A stretch of 64,000 nt of DNA, taken from the NCBI GenBank assembly GCA_965220845.1, contig CBDCRA010000005.1:16-64015 (forward strand), given 5' to 3'. Positions 17,508 through 27,939 of the stretch are shown here, piece after piece. A program made the translations under genes and the position numbers. The stretch is from Candidatus Multivorans sp. GTDB lineage: Bacteria > Acidobacteriota > Thermoanaerobaculia > Multivoradales > Multivoraceae. Each line of letters starts with the position of its first letter. The first letter of the stretch is position 1. The notes under the pieces were generated by a model, which worked only from the letters and a program-made list of their open reading frames with translations, was not told the DNA's origin and did not search any database.

Positions 17508-20069
17508 TCAGCAACCCGCCGTCAGCGCGGCGGGATCGGCGGGCGCGATCGCGATGCGTGAGAAACGAAGGGTGAACGGCCCGTCCGTCGTGATCAGGAA
17601 GGGCGTGTCGATGCGGTCCATTTCGGCGCCGGAAGCCTCGAAGCAGCGGAGGGGAATCTGCAGAGTGTCCCATGTTCCTTCGGGAACGCCCGAGAAGATG
17701 GGCGTGACGAGGAGACCGCCGGTACAGGGGAAGCCGCAGTCCATCCGCATCTGGACTCTGCCGGCGGGCGCCTGCTCCACCAGGAAGTCGATCTCGAGAG
17801 TCATGCCGGCAGCCGTTTCGGCGCGCAGGTCGATGGGACTCGACTGGAGGTAGATCTGGGCCTCGTTGCGGCCCCGCCACTGTGCTCTCCTCGCATCTTC
17901 CTGGACGTTGCGGTCGACGGCCGAGAGGACGACGCCGGACACGCGGCGGCGGGTCTGGCCGCGGCCGTCGGGGGCGGAGACCCGCCAGTCCGCCTCGTCG
18001 CCCAGGTAGAACTGCCACCCTTCCGCCGTCCGTCCTTCGAAGAGAACGCGGTCGGCCGACCCGCCGGCGTCCGTCGTACGAACCGGCGTCGGTCCGGCCG
18101 GCCGCGTCTCGTCCAGCTCGGGGAGGTCGCCCTCGTCGGCGTAGGTCAGGCCGTAGCCGTAGGGGAAGAGCGGGTCGTAGTCCGGATCGCCGACGTTGAG
18201 GACCGTCTGGTCCAGCGAACGCGGCCAGGAGAAGGAGAGCTTGCCCTTGAAGTCGTGGGCCGTTCCGCCGCCGGCCGCGCCGAAGATGACGTCGGCCACG
18301 CCGCCGCCCTCGGAGCCCGGCAGCCAGGCGGCGACGAAGGCGTCCGATGCGTTGATCTCCGGGTTCGTCCACAGCGCACGCCCGGACAGGAAGATCGTGA
18401 CGACCGGAATGCCGGCGGCCCGGAGCCGGCCCATCAGTTCGACGTCCGACTTGTCGCCCGGGCTGAACTCGAGGCTCGACACGTCGCCCTGGCTCTCGGC
18501 GTAGGGCGTCTCGCCGGTCACGTAGATGGCCGCGTCCGGCAGTTCGCCGCTGTACGCGCATCCCTGGCAGAGGACGGCCCTGCCGCCCGCCGCCTCGACG
18601 GCCCGCTCGATGCCGGTCCAGATGGACGTGGCGCCGGGGAAGTCGTCGTTCGTGTTCTCCGTGCCCTGCCAGGTCAGCGTCCAGCCGCCGCTCTGCCGGC
18701 CGATGTCGTCGGCCGCGGGTCCGGCGACCAGCACGAGCGAGGTCGGAGCGAGGGGCAGGAGGCCGTCGTTGTTCTTCAGCAGGACGAGGGACTCCCGCAC
18801 CGCCTGCCGGGCCACCTCGCGATGCGAGGCTTCGCCCAGCAGCTCGAAGCGTCCGCCGAGGGCCCGTTCCGAGGGCGGGCCGCTGTCGAACAGGCCGGCG
18901 CGGATCTTCACTCTCAGGATGCGCCGCACCGCGTCGTCGAGCCTTGCCTCGGAAATCGCGCCGGAACGCACTTGCCGGAGCGTGTTCCGGTGGAGCGCCC
19001 TCCAGTCTTCCGGGACCATGAACAGATCGAGGCCGGCCCGAATCGTGTCGGCGCAGTCGTCGTTGCTGCAGCCGGGCAACTGGCCGTGGCCGTTCCAGTC
19101 GCCGACGACGAGGCCGTCGAACGCCATCCGGCCCTTCAGCACGTCCGTGAGCAGCCCGGCGTGGCCGTGCATCTTCCGGCCGTGCCAACTGCTGAACGAG
19201 GCCATGACCGCCTGGGCGCCGGCGTCGAGCGCGGCGACGTAGGGCGGGTTGTGGATGTCGCGGAGTTCCTCCTCGCTCGCCCGCGTGTCTCCCTGGTCAA
19301 CGCCCTCGAAGGTGCCGCCGTCGCCCAGGAAGTGCTTCGCAGTGGCGATCACCCGCTCCTCGCCCAGGAAGTCCGGGCTGCCGACGGCGCCCTGGAGGCC
19401 TTCGACCAGGGCGCGCGCATACTCGACGACGATCTCGGGGTCTTCCGAGTAGCTCTCGTACGTACGGCCCCAGCGATCGTCCCGGGCCACGGCGACGGTC
19501 GGCCCGAAGTTCCAGTCGAGGCCGGTGGCGCGGACCTCGCGGGCCGTGATCTCGCCGATGCGGCGGATCAGCTCCGGATTCCGGGCCGCGCCGAGCCCGA
19601 TGTTGTGCGGGAAGATCGTCGCGCCGATCACGTTGTTGTGGCCGTGCACCGCGTCCACGCCCCAGATCACCGGAATGCCGATGCCGCCGTCCGAGGTGTC
19701 GGTGGAGGCTTCGTGGAACGCGTCGGCCAGCGCCAGCCAGTCCTCCGGCGCGGCGTGCTTGTCGTTGCCGGGGAACGAGCCGCCGCCGTTCAGGACCGAG
19801 CCGAGGTCGAACCTCCGCACGTCCCGCGGCGTGACCGAGCGGATTTCCGCCTGGATGATCTGGCCGACCTTCTCGCGGATGGTCATCCGCTCGAGCAGAT
19901 CGTCGACTCGCGCTCCGAGCTCCGGATCGGCCGGAAGCGGCGGAGTCAGCTCGGGCCAGAAGTCGGCGCGGACATCAGGGACCTGCTGCGCCGATCCGGG
20001 TACGGCGCAGCAGGCCGCCAGAGAGACCGCGAGCAGAGCAGCCGGCGCGGCGCGTAGGCGTCGGACCAC
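17508..20069 (-). CDS. Glycoside hydrolase family 3 beta-glucosidase (BglX-like) with C-terminal accessory domain, secreted
   Basis: 853 aa. Signal peptide. GH3 N-terminal (KHFLGDGG, GDWNGHG) and C-terminal domains, plus an extra domain of about 230 aa. Confidence 0.85.
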   Translation of the reverse strand: MVRRLRAAPAALLAVSLAACCAVPGSAQQVPDVRADFWPELTPPLPADPELGARVDDLLERMTIREKVGQIIQAEIRSVTPRDVRRFDLGSVLNGGGSFPGNDKHAAPEDWLALADAFHEASTDTSDGGIGIPVIWGVDAVHGHNNVIGATIFPHNIGLGAARNPELIRRIGEITAREVRATGLDWNFGPTVAVARDDRWGRTYESYSEDPEIVVEYARALVEGLQGAVGSPDFLGEERVIATAKHFLGDGGTFEGVDQGDTRASEEELRDIHNPPYVAALDAGAQAVMASFSSWHGRKMHGHAGLLTDVLKGRMAFDGLVVGDWNGHGQLPGCSNDDCADTIRAGLDLFMVPEDWRALHRNTLRQVRSGAISEARLDDAVRRILRVKIRAGLFDSGPPSERALGGRFELLGEASHREVARQAVRESLVLLKNNDGLLPLAPTSLVLVAGPAADDIGRQSGGWTLTWQGTENTNDDFPGATSIWTGIERAVEAAGGRAVLCQGCAYSGELPDAAIYVTGETPYAESQGDVSSLEFSPGDKSDVELMGRLRAAGIPVVTIFLSGRALWTNPEINASDAFVAAWLPGSEGGGVADVIFGAAGGGTAHDFKGKLSFSWPRSLDQTVLNVGDPDYDPLFPYGYGLTYADEGDLPELDETRPAGPTPVRTTDAGGSADRVLFEGRTAEGWQFYLGDEADWRVSAPDGRGQTRRRVSGVVLSAVDRNVQEDARRAQWRGRNEAQIYLQSSPIDLRAETAAGMTLEIDFLVEQAPAGRVQMRMDCGFPCTGGLLVTPIFSGVPEGTWDTLQIPLRCFEASGAEMDRIDTPFLITTDGPFTLRFSRIAIAPADPAALTAGC

Positions 20070-20103
20070 GTTCGGCTGCTCTGCGTTGGGGGTGAAGTTG
20101 TTC

Positions 20104-23100
20104 CTAGAACAACAGCTTGAAGCCGAGCTGAATCTGCCTCGGATCGCGAGCGGCCTGGGCCTGGCCGAAGTTGTTCGGCAGGGTGTAGCCGGTGATCGCG
20201 CGCCGCTCAGTGGCCACGTCGCTGTCGTAGGTGACGCTGCTCGGGTTCATCACCGTGTTGATGCCGACGAAGTTGTCGCGGTTCGTCACGTTGAAGACCT
20301 CGAAGCGGAACTGGCCCGTCATGCGGTCGGTGATGCGGATGTTCTTGGTCAGCGAGAAGTCGACCTGGAAGAAATCCGCCCCTTCGCATACGCCGGGCCG
20401 GGTAGCGCTCAGCGTGCCGAGCTGCCAGCCGACCAGCGTGAAGGCGTCGGGGTTGATCACCTGCAGGCCGCTGCCGCCGCAGGAGGCGCCCGTGAGGAGC
20501 GGCCGCATGTTCTCGGTGTAGCCGGTGCCGCCGGCGCCGTTGACACCCGTCAAGCTGCCGGTCCGCACCGTCAGGGCCTGCCCGGACGAGTACTGGACGA
20601 TGCCGCCGAACTGCCAGGCCCCGAACAGGGCACGAACGAAGCCGCCCTGGTTCTCGAGCGTCGGCAGGTTGTGGAGCACGTTCGCGTTGAACACGTGATC
20701 CCGGTGCAGGCCCGCGTAGCCGAAATCGAGATCGGGGTTCTCGCGGTCCGTGATCTGACCGGCGAAGGCGCCGGCGCCCGCGTCGTTCAGCGGATCGTTG
20801 GCCTTGAAGCTCGAGAGCGTGTAGGAGGCCTGGAACTGCGAGCCCGTACCGTAACGGTGCACGTACTGCATCTGCAGACCGTCGTACTCGGAGATGCCGT
20901 TCGACTCCCAGAACAGGATGTTGCCGTCGCCGAAGACCGAGTACGGTCGCAGGGCGCCACGAACGCCGGCGCCGCCGTCACCCTCCGGGGCGGTGACGTA
21001 CTCGAGCCGGTCCGGGATGCCGTTGCCGTTGTTGTCGCCCGAGGCCACCTGGTTGATGTCGGAGCGCCGCGTGATGTGGCGTCCGCGGGTGCCGACGTAG
21101 GCGATCTCGATCGTGCTGCTCCGGCCGAGCCGCTGCTCCCAGGCCACGTTGAACTGCAGGTTGTACGGCGTCTGGAAGTTCGGGTCGATGCCCGTCTGCG
21201 GTCTTCCGAGGCCGCATTCGAGGCACGGCTCCGGCGCTTCGTCCAGCTTGCGGATGCCGTTCAGGCTGGAGCGGAAGGGCGGATTGCCCGCGAACTCGAG
21301 CTGGATGTTCACGCGGTCACGCTGGAAGAACTGGCCGAAGCCGGCGCGGACCACGCTCCGGCCGTTACCGAACAGGTCGTAGGCCAGGCCGAGGCGCGGC
21401 GCGAAGTTGTCCGTGTCGCTGTCCACCAGCCCGCGGCCCGGCCCGGTAGAGCCGCCCAGCAGGCCCGCGTCGCCGCAGGGGTCCGTTCCCGGCACCTGGA
21501 GCAGACCGTTGCACGGGTCGCCGCCCAGGGCGGGATCGAACGCTCGCGGATCGAATGTCGTGAGCAGGTCGTCGCTGGCGTAGGGCCACTTGTAGTTCGA
21601 GTAGCGGATCCCGTAGTCGATGTTGAGGCGGGGGTTCGCCTGCCAGGAGTCGGCGACGTAGAACTCGATGTCCTCCCAGTTCAGTTCCGGCGTCGGCTGG
21701 TGCGAGTTTTCCGCGTAGCCGAAGGTCATGTCCTGGAGCAGGAAGTCGGCCAGGATGTTGCCGGTGTTGGCGCCCCAGCCGTTGTGGCCGGTGCTCGGAC
21801 CCCAGAACTGAGGCGTCTCGGACGCCGAACTGCCGCCGATGTACTCCTTCTTCTTGTTCTCGCTGTAGAGGGCGCCCACCTTGAGCCAGTGCTTGCCGAA
21901 GACTTGCGAGTAGTCGTCCTTGAGCACCATCAGGTCCTGCTTGTTCTCCCAGGGCGCGATGTTCCACAGCGCTCCGTAGCCGGCGGCGCCCCAGAACACC
22001 GGGTGGCTACGGTCCGCGCCGCCCGTCTTGCCGTCGAAGATCGCGGGGATCGCCGCGTTGATCTGGCTGTTCAGCCCGGGGTTCGTGCCGCCCCGGTTGA
22101 GGCTGATCTCGTTGCCCGAGTAGGAGAAGGTGACCGTGTTGACGCTGTCGTCGCCGATCGTCTGGCTGAGCTGCGCCACCAGGGAGTGGCCGGGCTGATC
22201 CCAGTTCGTGTCGACGGCGGGGTAGGGGTCGTCGCCCCACAGGCCGTTCGCTTCACCGGCGTTCGGAGCGCCGTTCACCCAGTTGTCCCGGGTGTAGCGG
22301 AGCATCAGCCGGGTGCGGTCGGTGGCGTCGTAGTCGAGCCGCAGGTTCGCCTGGTCCCAGTCGATCGGCGTGACCACCGCCTCGACCCAGTTGTTGCAAC
22401 TGCCGCCCGTGGGCGTCACGTTGGGAAGGGGGTAGAGATTCAGCATGCCCTGGCCGCCGGCGTTGATCCGGTCCGAGGGAATCACGTTGCCCGGGAAGGG
22501 CTGGCCGGTGGTCGGGTCGGTCGGGATCGCCGGGGTGCACCCTGGAATCGACGGACCGCTGAAGTCGCCCGCCCGCTCAGCCGCGGTGGGGACGAAGCCC
22601 GTGCGGGCAATGCCGCGCTCTTCCTGGTTCCACTCGCCGGAAAGGAAGAAGTGCAGCTTGTCCTGCTGAATCGGGCCGCCGAGGGTGAAGCCGTAGTCCT
22701 GGCGGTCGAGCGGCTCGGTGTCCAGCCCGGCCTGCTCCAGGAAGTAGTTCGTCTCGTTCCAGGAGTCGTCCCGCATGAACGTGTAGGCGCTGCCCCGGAA
22801 CTCGTTCGTGCCGCCGCGCGTCACGATGTTGATCTGGCCGCCGGCCGCGCCGCCGAACTCGGGGCTGTAGCTGTTCCGGTGGATCTTGAACTCCTCGATG
22901 GCGTCGACCGAGGGGTAGATCAGGATCGTGCGGTTCGAGCCGACGTCGTTGTTGTTCGCGCCGTCGATCGTCCAGAGGTTGCCGGTCGTGCCACTGCCGC
23001 TGATCGACAGGTCGACGCCGGCCAGCAGGCCCTTATTCTTCGTGTCGAAGCCTTCGGGCGAGCTCACGCCCGGCTGCAGGAGAGTCAACTGGACGAAGTT

Positions 23101-23544
23101 GCGGCCGTTGAGCGGCAACTCGCGAATCTGCTCGCCGGTCATCAGACCGGAGACCTCGCCGCTCATCGTCTCGACCGGGATGGCCTCGGCTTCGACCGTG
23201 ATCGTGTCCGAGACGTCGCCCAGTTCAAGCGCCGCGTTCACCTCGCGGACGTCGGCGACGTTCAATTCGAGGGCGCTGACCACGGAGGACTTGAAGCCGT
23301 CGAGCGTGAACGTGACTTCGTAGGCGCCGACCGGCAGGTCGCCGAAGGTGTAGATGCCGGCCGCGTTCGTGAACGTCGTCCGGTTCAGACCGGTTTCGGT
23401 CCCCTCCAGGTTCACCGTGGCGCCGGGCAGGGCGTCGCCGTTCGGGTCGGTGACGGTGCCGCGGATGCTGGCCGTGAAGCGCTGCGCCGCGAGGGGCGCC
23501 GCGAGCAGCGCGAGGATGAGGATGAGAGCGAGTCTTCGTGCCAT
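20104..23544 (-). CDS. TonB-dependent outer-membrane receptor with N-terminal carboxypeptidase-regulatory-like domain (Oar-like)
   Basis: 1146 aa. Signal peptide. The N-terminus (RGTVTDPNGDALPGATVNLEGTETGLNRTTFTNAAGIYTFGDLPVGAYEV) is typical of the acidobacterial/Gemmatimonadota CarbopepD_reg + plug + barrel class. C-terminal aromatic residue. Confidence 0.85.
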   Translation of the reverse strand: MARRLALILILALLAAPLAAQRFTASIRGTVTDPNGDALPGATVNLEGTETGLNRTTFTNAAGIYTFGDLPVGAYEVTFTLDGFKSSVVSALELNVADVREVNAALELGDVSDTITVEAEAIPVETMSGEVSGLMTGEQIRELPLNGRNFVQLTLLQPGVSSPEGFDTKNKGLLAGVDLSISGSGTTGNLWTIDGANNNDVGSNRTILIYPSVDAIEEFKIHRNSYSPEFGGAAGGQINIVTRGGTNEFRGSAYTFMRDDSWNETNYFLEQAGLDTEPLDRQDYGFTLGGPIQQDKLHFFLSGEWNQEERGIARTGFVPTAAERAGDFSGPSIPGCTPAIPTDPTTGQPFPGNVIPSDRINAGGQGMLNLYPLPNVTPTGGSCNNWVEAVVTPIDWDQANLRLDYDATDRTRLMLRYTRDNWVNGAPNAGEANGLWGDDPYPAVDTNWDQPGHSLVAQLSQTIGDDSVNTVTFSYSGNEISLNRGGTNPGLNSQINAAIPAIFDGKTGGADRSHPVFWGAAGYGALWNIAPWENKQDLMVLKDDYSQVFGKHWLKVGALYSENKKKEYIGGSSASETPQFWGPSTGHNGWGANTGNILADFLLQDMTFGYAENSHQPTPELNWEDIEFYVADSWQANPRLNIDYGIRYSNYKWPYASDDLLTTFDPRAFDPALGGDPCNGLLQVPGTDPCGDAGLLGGSTGPGRGLVDSDTDNFAPRLGLAYDLFGNGRSVVRAGFGQFFQRDRVNIQLEFAGNPPFRSSLNGIRKLDEAPEPCLECGLGRPQTGIDPNFQTPYNLQFNVAWEQRLGRSSTIEIAYVGTRGRHITRRSDINQVASGDNNGNGIPDRLEYVTAPEGDGGAGVRGALRPYSVFGDGNILFWESNGISEYDGLQMQYVHRYGTGSQFQASYTLSSFKANDPLNDAGAGAFAGQITDRENPDLDFGYAGLHRDHVFNANVLHNLPTLENQGGFVRALFGAWQFGGIVQYSSGQALTVRTGSLTGVNGAGGTGYTENMRPLLTGASCGGSGLQVINPDAFTLVGWQLGTLSATRPGVCEGADFFQVDFSLTKNIRITDRMTGQFRFEVFNVTNRDNFVGINTVMNPSSVTYDSDVATERRAITGYTLPNNFGQAQAARDPRQIQLGFKLLF

Positions 23545-23566
23545 GGCTTCGTACCTCCTTGACGGG

Positions 23567-23578
23567 TAAACCGATTTA
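23567..23578. promoter_or_regulatory. LacI-family operator-like site 1 (TAAACCGATTTA, AANCGNTT core)
   Basis: Imperfect palindrome with a central CG, in the divergent region between the TBDR and lacI-family genes. Confidence 0.4.
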
Positions 23579-23634
23579 GCCGGTAGCCGTGAAAAGGGCC
23601 CGGCTTCCTGCCGCTGCAGACGGAAGGGTCGGGC

Positions 23635-23646
23635 TAAATCGTTTTA
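23635..23646. promoter_or_regulatory. LacI-family operator-like site 2 (TAAATCGTTTTA)
   Basis: Second near-palindromic AANCGNTT-type site, 68 nt from site 1. Confidence 0.4.
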
Positions 23647-23734
23647 GCATGCTAGCCTGAGTCTGCACACGCCGCGTAGGGTTGTCAAGATCCTGTGAAG
23701 TTCACCCACTTTTTTGGATCCGGCCGTGAGGAAG

Positions 23735-24823
23735 ATGAGCGCCACCAGAGGAACCAGCCCCCCTCGGGGCGAGCCGAACACCGGAAAACCGGTCCGGCTC
23801 AAGGACGTGGCGGCCCATCTCGGCCTGTCGCCGACCACGGTTTCCCTGGTGATGAACCGCTCGCCGGCCGCCAAGGGGATCCCGCCGGAAACCCAGGAGA
23901 GAGTCCGCGCGGCTGCGGAAGAGCTCGGCTACCGCCCGAACTTCATCGCCCGGTCGCTTCGCCGCCAGCGCACCTTTGCGGTCGGCGTCCTCCTGCCGGA
24001 GATCAGCGAGGGCTACGCGGCCGGCATCCTCGGCGGCATCGAGGACCAGCTCCTGCAGGAGGGCTACTTCTACCTGGTCGCCGGCCACCACTCGAAGCCC
24101 GACCTCTTCGACGATTACTTGCAGCTCCTCACGGAGCGCTCGGTCGAGGGGCTGATCCTGGTCAACACGCCGATCGAGAACGCTCTGGCCCTGCCGGCGG
24201 TCGCGGTGGCGGGCCACCGCGAGATCGAGGGCGTGACCAACGTAGTGATCGACCACGGGATGGCGGCTCGGCTGGCGCTGGCCCACCTCGCCGAACTCGG
24301 CCACCGCCGCATCGCCTTCTTCAAGGGCCACGTGCACTCGGCGGACACCGAATCGCGGTGGCAGGCGATTGTCAGGGCCTCGGCCGATCTGGGTCTTGAG
24401 ATCGACCCGCGGCTGACCCTCCAGCTCTCCGGAGAACCGGCCGGCGGAGAGTTCTCACCCGAAGAGGGCTATCGCGAGGGCGACGTCTTCGGCCGGAAGC
24501 TGCTCGAGACGGGGGCGCCGTTCACGGCGTTGTTCGCGTTCAACGACATCTCGGCGATCGGCGCGATGCGCGCGCTCAGCGAGAGCGGCCTGCGCATTCC
24601 CGACGAGGTCTCGGTCGTCGGCTTCGACGACATCCTGAGCGCGGCCTTTCAGAACCCGAGCCTGACCACCGTACGTCAGCCTCTGCACGAGATGGGCCGG
24701 CGGGCGGCCGCCGAGTTGCTGCGCAAGCTGGCCGCTCCGGGCGATGAGTCGCCCCCCGCGATCACGATCGAACCGGAACTGGTCGTTCGGGATTCGACCG
24801 GTCCGGCACGGGGCGGTGGCTGA
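23735..24823 (+). CDS. LacI-family transcriptional regulator
   Basis: N-terminal HTH ([22 protein letters not shown]) plus a periplasmic-binding-like sugar domain. ATG 23735 is preceded by GAGGAAG. The track start is TTG 23714. Confidence 0.85.
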   Translation: MSATRGTSPPRGEPNTGKPVRLKDVAAHLGLSPTTVSLVMNRSPAAKGIPPETQERVRAAAEELGYRPNFIARSLRRQRTFAVGVLLPEISEGYAAGILGGIEDQLLQEGYFYLVAGHHSKPDLFDDYLQLLTERSVEGLILVNTPIENALALPAVAVAGHREIEGVTNVVIDHGMAARLALAHLAELGHRRIAFFKGHVHSADTESRWQAIVRASADLGLEIDPRLTLQLSGEPAGGEFSPEEGYREGDVFGRKLLETGAPFTALFAFNDISAIGAMRALSESGLRIPDEVSVVGFDDILSAAFQNPSLTTVRQPLHEMGRRAAAELLRKLAAPGDESPPAITIEPELVVRDSTGPARGGG

Positions 24824-26030
24824 AGTCAGGGCCGGGTCGACCCCCCCGGGGGTGGCTGCCGGGCGCACCGTGCCGCTCTACGTGGGCTTCTTCGCCACCG
24901 GAGTGGCCACGGTGCTGCTGGGCCCGCTGCTGCCCGAACTGGCCGGAGAGTGGCGCCTGCCGGTCGAGGAGCTCAGGTCCCTCTTCGTAGCCCAGTTCCT
25001 GGCCAGCGCCGTTGGCTCGCTCGTCTCGAGTTATCGACTCGGCCTCAGCCTGTTGGTCGGCTACCTGTTGATCGCTCTCGGGCTGGCGCTGCTGGCGATT
25101 GCCGACTGGCCGGTCGCCCTGGTCCCGGTGGCCGCGATGGGCCTGGGCCTGGGGCTGGCGATTCCGTCTACCAACCTGTGGGTGGCCCACGCCCAGCCGG
25201 CCCGGCGCGGTGCGGCGCTGTCGTCGCTCAACCTGGTCTGGGGCGTCGGCGCGGTCACGTGCCCCCTGCTCTTCGCCGCGCGGCCGCGGGGAATGTCCAG
25301 CGACGCGGTGCTGGTTGTCCTGGCGGTGTTCGGCGGAGTGATCCTGCTCTCCCTCGTGGCCATGCGGGGCGAGGCACCGGGCAGGGACATCCCTGCCGAG
25401 GCCCCCGAGTCCCGGCGGTCGGCAGGCCGGCGACGGCTGGCCGCCCTCCTCGCGATCGCCGGGATCATGTTCCTCTACGTCGGCATCGAGACCTCGGTCG
25501 GCGGCTGGCTGGTCAGCCTGGCCGATCAGATCCAGACCTCGCCCGCCGCCTCGTCCCTCCTGGTCGGATCGGGGTTCTGGGCGGCGCTGCTGGCGAGCCG
25601 GGCACTGGCGCCGCTCCTGCTTCGCCGGATGACCGAACCCACCCTGTTCGCGGCCGGCATTCTCCTGGCGGCCGCCGGGCTGATCGGACTCATGGTGGCC
25701 CGGACGGCTGCCGGGATCGCGGTTTCCGCCGCCGCAACCGGCGCAGGGCTGGCGCCTCTCTTTCCCCTGGCCCTGTCGTTCCTCGCCGATCTCACCGCCG
25801 CGACCCGCTCTCGCGGCACCGGCTGGGTGTTCGCCGTCGCCGGCACCGGCGGCGCGGTGCTGCCCTGGCTGACGGCGCAGCTCGCCGGAGGGCCTGACCG
25901 GCTGGCGGCCGGCTTCGTCGCTCCGGTCGGCGGCCTCGTTCTCCTGGCTCTCTGCTTCGGCGTGCTCCGCCGCTTCGAAGACACGCAGCCGGACCACTAC
26001 TCACCTGACAGCGAAAGTAGACTGACGTGA
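24816..26030 (+). CDS. MFS transporter
   Basis: 12 predicted TM segments, 2 x 6 helices with a central loop. The exact start is uncertain (GTG 24816/24852/24870). Confidence 0.7.
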   Translation: MAEVRAGSTPPGVAAGRTVPLYVGFFATGVATVLLGPLLPELAGEWRLPVEELRSLFVAQFLASAVGSLVSSYRLGLSLLVGYLLIALGLALLAIADWPVALVPVAAMGLGLGLAIPSTNLWVAHAQPARRGAALSSLNLVWGVGAVTCPLLFAARPRGMSSDAVLVVLAVFGGVILLSLVAMRGEAPGRDIPAEAPESRRSAGRRRLAALLAIAGIMFLYVGIETSVGGWLVSLADQIQTSPAASSLLVGSGFWAALLASRALAPLLLRRMTEPTLFAAGILLAAAGLIGLMVARTAAGIAVSAAATGAGLAPLFPLALSFLADLTAATRSRGTGWVFAVAGTGGAVLPWLTAQLAGGPDRLAAGFVAPVGGLVLLALCFGVLRRFEDTQPDHYSPDSESRLT

Positions 26031-27838
26031 TGATGTTGAGAAGTTCAGGCCGCGCTCCTGCCGGCCCCCCGCGCGCCTGCGCAGCGCGGCCGCGGCGCCG
26101 ACCCCCGGGTTGCTGGTCCGCGTTGCCGGCGATGGCGTTCTCGGTGCTGGGGCCAGCCTTCGCCCAGGCGCAGGACGCCGAGCCGCCGTCTTTCAGCGAA
26201 GTCGTCGACGTTCAGCTCGTCAACGTCGAAGTGTGGGTCAGCGACAGGCGCGGCCGTCCGGTGACCGGCCTGGGTCCGGACGACTTCGAGGTGCGGGAGG
26301 ACGGCGAACCGGTGACGATCGACTTCTTCAGCGAGGTCACGGATGCCGTCGCCGCCGGTCCGGTCGGAGAGCCCGGTGAGCCGGCGTCCGCGGCGGAACC
26401 GGCATCGACGGGCGGGACGGCCGAACCCGCGCATCTCGTCCTCTACTTCGACGAGCTCCATCTCGGTCCGGCCAGCCGCAAGCAGGCGATCGAGGACCTG
26501 AGAGCGTTCCTCGACGAGGAGACGTTCCCGGCCGAACGTGTTCTCATCTTCCGCCAGGACCGCGACCTCGTCACCGAGGCCTACTTCGGCTCCAGCCGCG
26601 AGGACCTGGACGCGGCGCTCGAGCGCATCGCGGCCTCGCCGGGAATGGGCGGCCAGTCGCAGCAGGCGAAGCGGCTCGCGATACGGCGGTTGAACCAGCT
26701 CTGGCAGGACGCGAGGACGCTCGCTTCCGCGGGCAGCAGCCGCCGGAACTCGGCGCCGGCGCCCTGCGGAACGTTCGTGCGCCAGGCGCTGCCCGAGGTC
26801 GAGAACGCCGCCCACATCGGCCGCGACCGGATCGGCGCCACGCTCGATCACCTGACGACGACCGTCCGCTTCCTGGCCGCGCTGCCCGGCGTCAAGACGC
26901 TGCTCTACATCAGCGACTCCCTCGAACGGACTCCCGGCAGCGACCTGCGGGACTTCATCACCGGCCTGTGTCCCGCCGGCGACCGGTTCCGCTCGCAGTC
27001 GCCGGTGGCGGAGCTGTCCACCGGTTTTCACGAGCTCACCCGTCACGCCAACGCGAACCGCGTCACGGTCTACTCGCTCCAGACCAGCGGCCTCCGCCCG
27101 GCGTTCCTGAGCGCGGCGGAGCAGTCCTCGATCGACTTCCAGGGGGCGAACCCCTTCAACAGTTCGGTTCGCGAGGCCGAACGCGACGGCATGGCCGTGC
27201 TCGCCGACGAGACCGGCGGCCGCGCCATCTTCAACCGCAACCAGTTCGGCGACGAACTCGAGCAGATCGCCAGCGAGATGGCGAGCTACTACTCCCTCGC
27301 CTACCGCCCGCCCCACGGCGGCGACCGCGGCGAGCATCAGATCCGCGTACGGGTCCGCGGCCGGAACGTACAGGTCCGTCATCGTCGCGGCTACCGAGAC
27401 AAGAGTTCCGACCAGCGGATGAGCGAGCAGCTCGACGGCGCGCTTTATCTCGGCCTGGTCGAGAACCCGCTCGGCGTGCGGCTGGGCGCGGGCCGCGTTC
27501 GCGCGGCCGGCGGCGGCAAGCGACGACTGCCGCTCCACGTCATGGTGCCGGCCGCGGGAGTCGCCTTCCTGCCGTTCGAGGGCAAGGAGATGGCGCAGAT
27601 CAGGGTGGAGGTCGCCAGCCGCCACGCCCAGACCTCGAAGGTAGTGAGAGAAGACAAGACCTTCCTGGTGGAAGCGCCCCCGGATCGCGACACGCGTCTT
27701 CTGGACCTGGTCTTCAACATCGACATTCCGGACGGCCTGAACCTGGTCGCGGTCGGCGTGCGGGACGACGCTACGCGCGAGACCGCGTTCGTCTCGACCA
27801 CCCTGGCCGTGGGCGAAGGGGCCGGGAACGGACGTTGA
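26027..27838 (+). CDS. VWFA-related acidobacterial domain protein (TIGR03436-like), secreted
   Basis: The N-terminal motif FSEVVDVQLVNVEVWVSDRRGRPVTGLGPDDFEVREDGEPVTIDFF is the hallmark of the acidobacterial VWFA-related family. Alternative start at 26132 (MAFSVLGPAFAQA). Confidence 0.75.
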   Translation: MMMLRSSGRAPAGPPRACAARPRRRPPGCWSALPAMAFSVLGPAFAQAQDAEPPSFSEVVDVQLVNVEVWVSDRRGRPVTGLGPDDFEVREDGEPVTIDFFSEVTDAVAAGPVGEPGEPASAAEPASTGGTAEPAHLVLYFDELHLGPASRKQAIEDLRAFLDEETFPAERVLIFRQDRDLVTEAYFGSSREDLDAALERIAASPGMGGQSQQAKRLAIRRLNQLWQDARTLASAGSSRRNSAPAPCGTFVRQALPEVENAAHIGRDRIGATLDHLTTTVRFLAALPGVKTLLYISDSLERTPGSDLRDFITGLCPAGDRFRSQSPVAELSTGFHELTRHANANRVTVYSLQTSGLRPAFLSAAEQSSIDFQGANPFNSSVREAERDGMAVLADETGGRAIFNRNQFGDELEQIASEMASYYSLAYRPPHGGDRGEHQIRVRVRGRNVQVRHRRGYRDKSSDQRMSEQLDGALYLGLVENPLGVRLGAGRVRAAGGGKRRLPLHVMVPAAGVAFLPFEGKEMAQIRVEVASRHAQTSKVVREDKTFLVEAPPDRDTRLLDLVFNIDIPDGLNLVAVGVRDDATRETAFVSTTLAVGEGAGNGR

Positions 27839-27869
27839 GTTCGGTGCACCGCCGAACTGGCTGCGTCTG

Positions 27870-27911
27870 CTGGGTGCGCGGGTCCGTAGCCGGGGGTTTT
27901 CTGACCCCCGG
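27870..27911 (+). repeat. REP-like repeat type B variant (CTGGGTGCGCGGGTCCGTAGCCGGGGGTTTTCTGACCCCCGG)
   Basis: CTGGGTGCGCGGGTC core plus a GGGGGT-TTTCTG-ACCCCC hairpin. Lies between the VWFA and TPR genes. Confidence 0.7.
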
Positions 27912-27939
27912 TGAACTTGCGCCGGAGGCGGCGGGAAAG

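Noticed and set aside
17485-23562. Very long + strand ORFs (600 aa, 1345 aa) and a 567-aa - strand ORF
   Set aside because: Antisense or out-of-frame to the GH3 and TonB-dependent receptor genes, which have convincing signatures.
24762-25997. 411-aa - strand ORF
   Set aside because: Antisense to the MFS transporter. Arg/Gly/Glu-rich.
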